A DNA stretch of 64,000 nt from the human T2T-CHM13v2.0 reference genome, Homo sapiens. A program made the position numbers and the translations under genes. Of this stretch, positions 31,536 to 44,029 are shown piece by piece. Every line of letters starts with the position of its first letter. Positions within the stretch are counted from its first letter, which is position 1. The DNA lies in assembly GCF_009914755.1 (NCBI RefSeq), contig NC_060925.1. The stretch is one strand, 5' to 3'. The notes under the pieces were generated by a model. The model was given only the letters and a program-made list of their open reading frames with translations. It was not told the origin of the DNA and made no database searches.

Positions 31536-31894
31536 TGTATCAGTTCATTTTCACGCTGCTGATAAAGACATACCCGAGACTGGGTAATTTACACAGGAAA
31601 AAGCGTTTAATGGACTTACAGCTCCATATGGCTGGGGAGGCCTCACAATCATGGTGGAAGGCAAGGAGGAGCAAGCCACGTCTTACATGGATGGCAGAAG
31701 CCAAAGAGAGAGAGAGAGCTTGTGCAGGGGAAATCCTCTTATAAAACCATCAGATCTTGTGAGACTTATTCACTATCACGAGAACAGCATGAGAAAGACC
31801 TGCCCCCATAATTCAGTTACCTCCCACTAGGTCCCTCTCACAACACATGGAAATTCAACATGAGATTTGGGTGGGGACATTGCCAAATATATCA
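31536..31894 (-). mobile_element. THE1B-like solo LTR
   Basis: TGTAT...ATATCA termini; 5-bp TSD TATCT. Confidence 0.92.
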
Positions 31895-31941
31895 TATCTC
31901 TATCTATCTATCTATCTATCTATCTACCTACCTACCTATCA
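31895..31941. repeat. Compound (TATC)n(TACC)n tetranucleotide STR
   Basis: Seen directly. Confidence 0.9.
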
Positions 31942-32801
31942 TAACCCATATACCTTACATAAGATATCAGAGAAATATATCACAGCAACTATATTTTCTG
32001 ACCCAAAAATTGTGACATATTATCTGACAAAGACCATACTCTTTGAAAACAATGGAACAGGGAATTTGAAATCACAACTGATTCAGAAAATTCAGGACAG
32101 TTGGTTGCTACACATACTGTCTGGGTTAAAGCCCCAGAGGAAATTGGCTGGGAGGACATTTGAAGTCTCCCCAATGCCAACCTTTTATGGAGAATTTAGT
32201 GTTAACCTAGAAGTGGATACTGACAATAGCAGATAGTCTAAATAAATTTTGTAAAGTTGCATGCAATTAATTCCTCACATAGCTTATTTTCCAATTACTG
32301 TCTCCCTCAGTTTTACTCGTTTCCTCATTTGTTTAACGAATAATTATTTTAGCAGAACCTACACAGGTATTACATCAGATATCAGAGTCACAATGAAAGC
32401 AAAAGAATTTTTGCCTCATATAATTTTTAGCCTAGTGTGGGAATCAGGCACTAACCAAATAACACTGTAACTTAATCTGTAATAATACTCTGAGAAGGGT
32501 TATAAAGGCAATTATAGAGTATCATAGGGTTATAAAGGGAAAACTTGGTCCAATTTGGGAAGGGTCAGGAAAGCCTTCCTGGAGAGAGGCAGTCTCAGCA
32601 GAAAATTCAAGGCAGGTGAAGGAGTTGACAAGGTATGGAGGTGGGAGGTGGAAGGCCTTCCCAGGCAGGGAGGGTGTCTTGTGCACTACCCAGAAGGCAA
32701 GAGAAAGTAAAGCACATTCCATGGGCTCCAAGAGGCTGGTATGGATAAAGAACAGCTACAGGGTGCAAGTCAGGAGGCAGCTCAGGAGAAGGATTGGGTC
32801 T

Positions 32802-35082
32802 TGATATGGTTTGGCTGTGTCCCCACCCAAATCTCATCTTGAATTGTAATTCCCATAATCCTCACAAGTCATGGGAGGGACCCAAAGGGAGGTAATTGAA
32901 TCATGGGGGCAGTTACTCCCATGCTGCTGTTCTCATGATAGTGGTGAGTTCTCGTGAGATCTGATGGTTTTATAAGGGGTTTTCCCCCTTTTGCTAAGCA
33001 CTTCTCCTTCCTGCCATCATGTGAAGAAGGACATGTTTGCTTCCCCTTCTACCATGATTGCAAGTTTCCTGAGGCCTCCCCAGCCCTGTGTAATTGTGAG
33101 TCACTTAAAGCTTTTTCCTTTATAAATTACCCAGTCTCGGGTATGTCTTTATTAGCAGCATGAGAACAGACTAATACAGTAAGTTGGTATCACAGAGAGT
33201 GGGGGTGCTGCTATAAGGATATCCAAAAATGTGGAAGTGACTCTGGAACTGGGTAACAGGCAGACGTTGGAACAGTTTGGATACTCAGAAGAAGACAGGA
33301 AAATGTGGAAAAGTTTGGAAATTTCTAGAGACTTGTTGAATGGTTTGACCAAAATATTGATCATGATATGGACAATGAAGTCCAGGCTGAGGTGTCTCAG
33401 AGGGAGATAAGGAACTTGTTGGGAACTGCAGCAGAGGTGACTCTTGTTATGCTTTAGCAGAGAGATTGGTGGCATTTTGCCCCTGCCCTAGAGATTTGTG
33501 GAACTTTGAACTTAAGTGAGATGATTTAGGGGAACTGGTGGAAGAAATTTCTAAGCAGCAAAGCATTCAAGAGGAAGCAGAATATAACAGTTTGGAAAAT
33601 TTGCAGCCCAACGATACAGCAGAAAAGAAAAACTCATTTTCTGAGGATAAATTCAAGCCTAGTGCAGAAATTAGCATAACAAATGAGGAGCCAAATGTTA
33701 ATCACCAAGACAATGGGGAAAATGTCTCCAGGGCATGTCAGAGGTCTTCACAGCAGCCCCTCCCATCACAGGCCCAGAGGCCTAGGGGGAAAAATGATTT
33801 TTGGACTGGTCCCAGGGCCCCTCTGCTGCTCTGTGCAGCCTTAGGACTTGGTGCCCTGTGTCCTATGTATAGCTAAAAGGGGCCAATGTACAGCTCAGGC
33901 CATTGCTTCAGAGGATGCAAGCCCAAGGCCTTGGCAGCTTCCACATATTGTTAAGCCTGTGGGTACGCAGAAGTCAAGAATTGAGGTTTGGAAACCACCA
34001 CCTAGATTTCAGAGGATGTATAGAAACACCTGGATTTCCAGGCAGAAGTCTGCTGCAGGGGCAGAGCCTTCATTGAGAACCTCTGCTAGAGCAGTGCAGA
34101 AGGGAAATGTGCAATTGGAGTCCCCGCACAGAGTCTCCACTGTGGCACTGCCTGGTGGAGCTGTGAGAAGATGGCCATCATCCTGCAGACCCCAGAATGA
34201 TAGATCCACTAACAGCTTGCAGCTTGCACCATGTGTCAGGAAAAGCCATAGGCACTCAACACCAGCTCATGAAAGCAGCATGGAGGGAGGCTGTACCCTG
34301 CAAAGCTACAGGGGCAGAGCTACCCAAGGCCATGGGAGCCCACCTCTTGCATCAGTGTGACCTGAATGTGAGACATGGAATCAAAGGAGATCATTTCGGA
34401 GCTTTAAGATTTGACTGCCCCACTGGATTTTGGACTTGCATGAAGCCTGTAGCCCCTTTGTTTTGGCCAATTTCTTCCATTTGGAATAGGTGTTTTTACC
34501 CAATGCCCCCCATTGTATCTAGAAAGTAACTGATTTGCTTTTGATTTTACAGGCTCGTGAGCAGAAGTGACTTGTCTTTTCTCAGGTGGACTTTGGACTT
34601 GGACTTTTGGGTTAACGCTGGAATGAATTAAGACTTTGGGTGACTGTTGGGAAGGCATGATTGTGTTTTGAAGTGTGAGAACATGATATTTGGGAGGGGC
34701 CAGGGCAGAAGGATATGGTTTGGCTGTGTCCCCACCCAAATTTCATGAATTGTAGCTCTCATAATCCCCACATGTCCTGGGAGGGACCCGGTGGGAGGTA
34801 ATTGAATCACAGGGATGGTAACACCCATGCTGCTATTCTCATGATAGTGAGTGAGTTCTCATGAGATCTGATGGTTTTATAAAGGACTTTTCCCCCTTTG
34901 CTTGGTACTTCTTCTTGCCATCGTGTGAAGAAGGATGTGTTTGCTTCCCCTATCACCATGATTGTAAATTTACTGAGGCCTCCCTAGCCCTGTGGGACTG
35001 TGAGTCAATTAAACATCTTTCCTTTATAAATTACCCAGTCTTGGGTATGTCTTTATCAACAGCATGAAAGGGGACAAATACA
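32802..35082 (+). mobile_element. Full-length THE1 (C/D-like) MaLR: LTR 32802-33178, internal 33179-34710, LTR 34711-35082, inserted in an L2
   Basis: Two homologous LTRs, THE1-internal sequence (EEISKQQSIQE, SRIEVWKPPPRFQRMY), TSD GGTCT at 32797 and 35083. Confidence 0.95.
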
Positions 35083-35444
35083 GGTCTCTTGCTTAAATAA
35101 ATGAGATACCACTGAAAGAGCTTTACATGGGAAAGTGACATGATCAAATGGCCTTTGCAAGGATTGCTCTGGCAAAGGAGGTAGAGGGAGTGGATGTGGG
35201 AAGGAGCCAGTTAGGATTCTACTTCAGTATTCCAAGAAGTAATAATGGTGGCTTTATTTACAAAGCTCTTTGTGGCTTCTCCACTCTCCACCTATTACAG
35301 CCTCCTCATCCATACTGTACCCTCTAAATAGGTTGCTGTCTTACACCTCCAGGCCTTTGCACCTATTGCTTTTTCCTTCTTTAACTCCTTCTTCTTGTTT
35401 TCCTGGCTAATTTCTATTTATTTTTCAAAACTAATTTGTGTCAT

Positions 35445-35824
35445 TGTATTAGTCCATTTTCATGCTGCTATAAATAACTACATGAGACTGGGTGATTTGT
35501 GAAGAAACGAGGTTTAATTGACTCACAGTTCTGCAGGCTACACAGGAAGCATGACTGGGAGGCCTCAGGAAACTTACAATCATGGTAGAAGGTGAAGGGG
35601 AAGCAAGCAGCTTCTTCACAGGGCAACAGGAGAGCGAGAGAGAGTGAGGGGGGAGGTGTCACACCTTTAAGCCATCAGATGAGAACTCACTCACTGTTAT
35701 GAGAACAGCGTGGGGGAAGTCCACCCCCATGATCCAGTTGCCTTCCACCAGGTCCCTCCCCTGACACATGGGGATTACAATTCGACATGAGATTTGTGTG
35801 GGGACACAGAGCCAAACCATGTCA
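35445..35824 (-). mobile_element. MSTA-like solo LTR inserted in an L2 fragment
   Basis: TGTATTAGTCC...AAACCATGTCA; TSD GTCAT. Confidence 0.88.
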
Positions 35825-36258
35825 GTCATCTAATCTGGGAAGCCTTATCTGACATCTCTCTGGTGCCCCATCTTCTTCATTCTTTCTCTAGTACTGACTT
35901 GTAAATCCCTCCTGCATGCTTCCCTAGTGTCATTTGCATGCATCCACCATGGCCCATGTTGCACTACATTGCAATTGTTTGTCTGTTTATTTATTACGTT
36001 GTGGGTTTGTTAAGGGCAGAAAATGACTGTCTTATTTGTCTTACTAGCCTCCATCTTAGAACCTAGCACACAGCATGTACTCAATACATTTTTATTTAAT
36101 TAATTTAAAAACAGACGTATATGTAAATATCCTAAATATTTCAGGAAACCTGGACCTTTTGTAAAAAATAAATCATTCTCATGTCAAAAAACACATTTTT
36201 AATAAAGTTATTTTTAAAAGTTAATGAGTTAAACTTTCATTTGGTGATTTAAAAAATA

Positions 36259-36671
36259 CAGTTATTATCCATGGGGAATTGATTCCAGGACAACCCTTTT
36301 ATCCCCCAACCCCACCAAAATCTGCAGATGCTCATGTCTGCTCAAATAATTTGCATATAAACTACACACATTCTCCTGAATATGTTAAATCATCCATAGA
36401 TTACTTATAATACCTAATGCAATGTAAATGCTGTGTAAACAGTTGTTATAATGTACTGGGGTTTTTTGTTGTTTTTATTTTTATTTTTATAATTTCAACT
36501 TTTATTTTAGATTTGGGGGGTACATGTGCAGGTTTGTTATCTGGGTATATTGTATGTTATGTGTTGATTTTTAAATTTGTATTCTTTTGTATTGTGTTTT
36601 TTCCAAATAGTTTTTGTCTGAGGCTGGTTGACTCCAACAATGTAGAACTCGGAAATACAGAGGGCTGACTG
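36259..36671. mobile_element. MER2 (Tigger) element containing a short antisense L1 3'-end insertion (about 36465-36556)
   Basis: Terminal ...AGGGCTGACTG-TA; internal TTTTAGATTTGGGGGGTACATGTGCAGGTTTGTTA. Confidence 0.75.
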
Positions 36672-37349
36672 TAAGCTATAGAAACATATATGCAGAATTT
36701 ATTCCTTATTTAAAAGTAGCATATGATCAGCTTGGCTTTCAACCCAGGACTCATTGGAAGAAATTTACTCATTGAGGTTTTATTATGGGAAGAAAATGAA
36801 AAGCGCATAACTTCATTCAGGCAGTGAGTATAATTCCTTTAGACAGAGGATACAGATATATTGACTGGTTGCTGTTGAAACCCTCGTCTCAGAACTGAAA
36901 TCAATCAAAAGTGAATACAGTGCCAGCTAAGCAAAATGAAGCCAGTGCATGATCATTTCTATCCTTGACCCCTTTCCTTCAAATTAACCCAGGAACCATA
37001 GGGAAGACAGAAGGGGAAAAGCATCTTTACATGTTACATTTCTGAATATATCCTGATAAATGTGTTAGCTTTGATATAATTACACACATGTTTTGAAAAA
37101 GAAAAATAGATAAACATATATAAAATTGTGTATCAGGAATATATCTACATGCAGATAGGATGTATCAAATTTTGGAGTGCCAACAATTAGAAAAGCCAGT
37201 ATATATTTTTAAAGACATCAGAAAGCTGTGGAAGGAACATGTATTAGGTGAATTAATAATCTAGAGAATTAATTCTATTCTAAGGTGAGCTGATGGTTGC
37301 CAACAGCCATTTGTTTGTTTTTTGTTGGTTTGTTTTATACCTGGGAGCA

Positions 37350-38105
37350 CTTGCCAATTTGGAGTGCAAGCCAAAAGTTGAAAAAGACCCTGGAAGAGGG
37401 CCTTTTCCTAAGATCAGTGAAATTAGTGAGGGTTTCAGTGATTAAACAGAGCTGGGGAATAAATTGGAAACTTAAAGGGCCCCAAGTTTTCCCCATGGAA
37501 TATTTACTAAGTTCTGGGGTTGGATGAGAGGTGGAAGAAGTAGGTCAAAACTTCTAAAGACAGAAGAAGCCATATCTTAGTGGTGATTAAGCAACAAAGA
37601 CTCACCGAGAGAGGGACTGACTAAAAAATGCCAACAGTCTCTCTCTTAAGCTATTTAGCGATTTTTAAAGCTATAAAGATAGGTGGCTGGAGACCTGGGC
37701 TGGGGATCTCTGAAGCGCAGAGATAGATTTCTTGCTGTGAAAGCCCTAGGAGGACAATGCACAAAGAAAAAGGGAAAAGTAGAGCTAGAACCTTACTAAA
37801 ACTGCAATTAAACCTCAAGCCAGTTTACTGTCTGATTAGGTTAAGATGATCTATTTGTCATGCTACCTGATTAACAGAAGAAGAAAATATTCTCTTCTGG
37901 GGAATACAATCATCTGAAGGCTCTATAGTGTTTCAAATCAAAACATCTAGAATAGGAAAAAATTACTAGACATGCAAATAAGCAAGAAAATATGACCAAA
38001 AATCAACAGAAAAATAGACAATAGAAGCATATTCACATATGACCTCCATATTAGAGCTAACAGATAAGAACTTTAACATAACTATGGCGAATATGTTAAA
38101 AGAAC
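37350..38105 (+). mobile_element. Old L1M 5'/ORF1-proximal fragment
   Basis: AAATTACTAGACATGCAAA..AGCAAGAAAATATGACC...GAACTTTAACATAACTATG. Confidence 0.5.
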
Positions 38106-38509
38106 CACAGAGAAGCTCTTTGAAAAATGCTTAATTGCAGTCCATATATAGAAGTTTCTTACTGAGGGATCTGAAGAGCAGTCTGAAATTAGTGTGTAAA
38201 AATGCTTCCACATGGTTTTGAGACACTCCTTTCTCTAAGGGGTGTCATTCACTAGTTATCTACATCAGCCTCATCAGGTTGCCTATTAAAATTTAGCTTA
38301 TCAGGCCTACTTGGAGGGGGGAACCTTCCCTATAATTGGATAGGATATGAGAGCCTGCATTTTGAAGTAGCATCTGAGGTGATTCTGGAGAACTATAAAC
38401 TTTAAGAACCAGGAGCATAGAGAATTTCTGCTTTGTGATTCTGAGGATTCTGAATATCCCAGGCAGAGCTGGTCTCAAGATCTTGTTGATATTCTTGAGG
38501 CACCCATAA

Positions 38510-38992
<483 letters not shown>

Positions 38993-39637
38993 TACTACTC
39001 TTAGAGTTGGCATCAGGCAACTAAAATTATATAAATGTTGGCTGGAAAAACGATGGCAAATTTTGGGTACTATCCCTAGGAATAGAAGTTAAATCCTGGG
39101 TAACCTGATGGAGAGGGTCTCTGAAATATTGTATCCAATCCACACACCATGTACATCTGTAATTCCCCAAGGCAAACTCATTTCTTACACTTATAGATAC
39201 CATTTAAAAAGCAAAATTTTCACCAGTGAGAGCCCACTTCTGATATTCACTGTGCCAAAATGCAAAGCATTAGGTGTTAATTGACATGTGGATAATAGAA
39301 GAACCTATGGTGGCTGTTCTGCAATGTGGCATTTATGGTATAATGCTGGCTGATCACAGCTGATTGGAAGAGTGGTTTGCTGGCCTCGACTAGTGAATGC
39401 ACACCTGGTATCACATGGTCCAAGCCAAAGTATTTAACTTGAGAGTTATAGCCATAAAGAGAACTGTCTGGAGAGGTGAGGGTACCGAGGGGTAAGGAGA
39501 TAAAAGAGGTTCCCCTGTAGCACTTGGTGGGAGCAGCAGCAGTAATTGCAATGGCTGACAAAGTCCAGATCCAGAAACTTCCTGAGATGTTATGGAAATT
39601 GCTACATTTGACAAGTGGAAACGTTATAGAAGTGACA

Positions 39638-39687
39638 ATAATAATCATTGCAATATTTACTGATAATAATCATTGCAATATTTACTG
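39638..39687. repeat. Perfect 25-bp tandem duplication at the edge of a MIR
   Basis: ATAATAATCATTGCAATATTTACTG twice. Confidence 0.95.
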
Positions 39688-39880
39688 AGCACTAAACTCA
39701 GGCTCTGCGCTGTGCTAACTTCTTAATTGTTCAATTCATTTAATCTTTATAATAACTATTTGAGATTGATGCGAAAAATGAGGATTGGAGGAGTTCAATA
39801 CCTTTCCCAGTTTGTCCAGCTGGTGAGTGGAGAAGCCAGTATTTAAGCCATTGTATTTGATTCCAAAACCCAAGCTATTG
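39663..39880 (-). mobile_element. MIR
   Basis: ATTTACTGAGCAC...CATTTAATCTTTATAATAAC...AAAATGAGG antisense MIR core. Confidence 0.7.
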
Positions 39881-39904
39881 ACTTTTTAAAAGGGAGAGGA
39901 GAGT

Positions 39905-40030
39905 GATGTGGCTTAGCAACTGCACATGTAAAAATTAAATAGGGATTTTAGTCAACATGAAACTTGGGTATGAGTCAACAGTTTCATGTGGCTGTCAAAA
40001 AGCCGAAGTCAACCTTTAGCTGCACTGCTA
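39905..40030 (+). mobile_element. L3/CR1 LINE fragment
   Basis: MSQQFHVAVKK resembles CR1 ORF2 (recalled LNMSQQCxxAAKKAN). Confidence 0.55.
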
Positions 40031-40850
40031 ATTATATTAACTCAGATCTGTTGAGTACGGGGCATGTGCTAAGCACTTTACATGTATTAATGCATTGTAT
40101 CTTTACAACAGTCTTACAAGGTCTTCCCTTTTATATTGATGAGGGAACTGATAGAAAGGTTAAAGACCTTACCCAGAGTTAGAGCAGCCTAAGAGAGAGA
40201 ATGTGGTGATTAAATGGGGAGAGGCCTATATTCTGGTTATGCCTGAATCTTACCCTTAGTTTACCCAACGTGATTTTAAAAGCAAGGGGAGGATTTTGAG
40301 CTAACAAAACTTCGGTCATTGTTTACATTAGTGGTTCTCAAACATTAGTGTGCATAAAGTTTGTCTGGGGAATTCAGTGAAATTTACAACTCCCATGCCA
40401 ACTTTGAGAGGTGATGATTCAGAATTAGCATTTAAACAACTGTCATGAGTGATCTCATGTCGGGTTGTGCTCAATGATCCCCTAAGGATGCTCTGAGAAA
40501 CATTCGATGAGGTGTTCTTTGTAGTAGTTCAAGACTAGCTTAAGATGAAATACTTCAGGTATAAGGAAAAAAGGAGTCTTGTCCTACAGTCTCAGAAAGA
40601 GGGATTAAAAGCTTTCTGGCACACACGAAAGTGCACATGCATTCACACACACACAGAAAGAGGGAGAGAGAGCACCTTGTTTCTAAGGATCTCACAAAAA
40701 GAAGAGTCAAATTTATGTAGAATTATGAAGGATCTTATTTTTAATTTATACACCCAGATATTACTTGTTACTTTTAAAATAATGGCTTTGTAGTTTTTAT
40801 TATTATAACAGCTATACAATAACAATACAGCAAGTGAGAATAATATTTTA

Positions 40851-42748
40851 TCCAAAATATTACTGCCCAGAACAATGTCAAGATTTCCCCCTGTGCTTTC
40901 TTTATGAGTTTGATAGTATCAGGTCTTATGTTTAAGTCTTCAATCCAGCTTGAGTTGATTTTTGTATATGGTTTGAAATAAGGGTCAAATGTCATTCTTC
41001 TGCATGTGGTTATCCAGTTTTCCCAATACCATTTATTAAAGAGACTTTCCTTTCCCCATTGTATGTTCTTAGCACCTTTGCCAAAGATCATTTAACTAAA
41101 TGTGTGAATTTATCTCTGGGCTCTCACTTTTGTTCCAGTAGGGTATAGGTCTGTTTTCATGGCAGTAACATGCTGTTTTGATTACTATAGCTTTGCAGTG
41201 CATTTTGAAATCATGTAGTGTGATGCTTCCACCTTCATTGTTTTTGCTCAAGATTGCTTTGGCTATTCAGGGTCTTACAGGGTTCCACACAAATTTCAAG
41301 ATTGTTTTTCTATTTATGTAAAAAAATGGCATTGGAATTTTGATAGGGATTGCATTGAATCTGTGGATAACTTGGGGTGATATAGACATTTTAACAATAC
41401 TAATCTTCCAATCCATGAACATGGGATATATTTCCATTTATTTGTGTCACCTTAAATTTCTTTCATCAATGTTTTAAAATCAGTGAACAAATGTTTTACC
41501 TCTTTGGTTAAATTTACTCCTAAAATTTTAAATTTTTTGGTAGCTATTATAAATAGGATTTATTTCTTGAAATATTTTTTCAGATCTTTGTAGATAGTGT
41601 ATAGTGTATAGGAAAGCAATTGATTTTTGTATTTTGATTTTGTATCCTGTAACTTTATTGAATTCATTTATTCTACCAGTTTTTTTTGTTGGAGATTTTA
41701 GGGCGATATATATCATATATATATATGATAATGTCATCTGCCAAAAAAAGACAATTTTACTTCATTCTTTCCAATCTGGATTTCTTTTATTTCTTTTCTT
41801 GTCTGGTTGATCTCACTAGGACTTCTAGTACTATATTGAATAGAAGTGATGAGAGTGACATCTTTGTCTTGTTCCAAACCTTAGAGGAAACATTTTTAAC
41901 TTTTCATCATTGAGTATAATGTTAGCTGTGGGTTTTTATACATGGATTTTATTATGTTGAGATATATTCCTTTTATGCCTAATTTGTTGAGAGCTTTTAT
42001 CATGGAAGGATATTGAATTTTGTCAAGTGCTTTTTCTACATTTAATAAGATGATCATGTGGTTTTTTATCCTTCACTCTATTGATGTGGTATATTACATT
42101 GATTTGTGTATATTAATCAATTCCTGCGTCCAGGGATAAATCTCACTTGATCATGGTGTATGATCCCTTTAATATGCTGTTGAATTTGGTTTGCCAGTAT
42201 TTTGTTTAGGACTTTTGCATCTACGTTCATCAGGGATATTGGTCTATAGTTTTCCTTTTTTGTAGCCTTCTTCTCTGGCTTCAGTATTATGGTAAGCTGG
42301 CTTCTTAAAATAAATTGGAAAGTCTTCCCTTCTCTTCAATTTTTTGGAAAAGTTTGAGAAGGACTGATATTAACTCATTCTTAAATGTTTTTTAGAATTC
42401 ATCAGTGAAGCCATTAGGTCCTGGGCTTTTCTTTCTTGGGAGGATTTTAATTACTGGTTCAATCTTCTTACTAATTATAGGTCTATTCAGATTTTCTATG
42501 TCTTCATTAGTTAGTCTGGGTAGTTGTATGTTTCTAGGAATTTATCCATTTTTTTCTAGGTTATCCAGTTTGTTGGTGTATAGTTGTTCATAGTAGTTTC
42601 TTAAGATACTTCGTATTTCTGTGGTATCAGTTGCAATATTTCCTTTTTCAGTTCTGATTTATTTGAGTCTTCTCTCTTTTTTCTAGTTTGTCTAGCTAAA
42701 GGTTTGTCAATTTTGCTTTTTTTTAAAAAAAATTGACTCTTCACTTCA
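40851..42748 (-). mobile_element. L1MA ORF2 segment (inverted part of a twin-primed insertion)
   Basis: Minus-strand ORF2 remnants (KNIQWGKESLFNKWYWENW; GYKIKIQKSIAFLY). Confidence 0.9.
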
Positions 42749-43985
42749 CAATTTTTTGGATATGAACCCCAAAGCACACTCAACAAAAGCAAAAATAGAT
42801 AAATAGGATTGCATCACACTGAAAAGTTTCTGCCCACCAAAGGAAATAATCAACAGAGTGAAGAGACAACATAAGGAATGAGGGAAGATGCTTGTAAACC
42901 ATATATCTGATAAGAGGTTAATCACCAAAATACATAAGGAACACAAAAACTCAGTAGCAACAAAACAAATAACCCAATTAAAAAATGGACAAAGGACAGG
43001 AATAGACATTTCTCAAAAGAAGACACACAAATGGCCAAAAGGTATATGAAAAAATGCTCAATGTCAGTAATTATAAGAGAAATGCAAATTAAAATGACAA
43101 CGAAATATCACCTTACACCTTTTAAAATGGCTTTCTTCAAAAAGACAAAAGAAAACAAGTATTGGTGAGGCTATGGAGAGAAGGGAACTCTTATAAACTG
43201 TTGGTGGGAATGTAAATTAATACAGCCATTATGGGAAAATGTATGCAGGTAACTGAGAAAACTAAAAATAGAACTACCATATGATCCAGCAAACCAATTT
43301 CTGGGAATATATCCACAGGAAATGAAATCAGTATATCAAAGAGATATCTGCACTCCTATGTTTATTGCAGCACTGTTCACAATAGTCAAGTTATGAAATC
43401 ATCCTAAGTGTCAATTGATGGATGAATAGATAAATAAAATATTATATATACACATATATTTATACACACACATGCAATGAAATACTCTTCAGCCTCAAAA
43501 AGAAAAGACAATCCCGTCATTTGCAATAACATGGATAAGCCTGAAGGACATTGTGCTAAGTAAAGTAAGCCAGGTATGGAAAGACAAATACCACATGATC
43601 TCACTTACAAGTGGAACATTTTAAAAAGTTGAACTCATAGAAGCGGAGAGCAGAATGGTGATTGCTAGAAGCTGTGACTATGGGGAGGAATGGGAAGATG
43701 TTGGTCAAAGTGTGCAAGGTTTCAGTTAGACAGGGTGAATAAGATCTAGGGTTCTAACATACAGCGTGGTGAGTATAGTTAACAATAATGTATGTATACT
43801 TGAAAACTGCTCACAGAGTAAATCTTACATGTTCTCCTAAAAAATGTTAAGTATTTGGTGTGTCAGATATGATAATTAGTTTGATTTAATCATTTTACAG
43901 TGTATCCATATATCAAAACATCATGTTTTACACTGTAAGCATATATAATTTCTATTTGTCACTTAACCTTAATAAAACTGGAAAA
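42749..43985 (+). mobile_element. L1MA 3' end (sense part of the same insertion)
   Basis: ORF2 C-terminal remnant and L1MA 3' UTR ending CCTTAATAAAACTGGAAAA. Confidence 0.9.
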
Positions 43986-44029
43986 TATTTTAGAAGAACA
44001 TAGTGACATAGAAAAGCAGCATAATGAAG

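Noticed and set aside
33538-34529. Chain of 110-170 aa ORFs
   Set aside because: Frameshifted remnants of the THE1 internal region.
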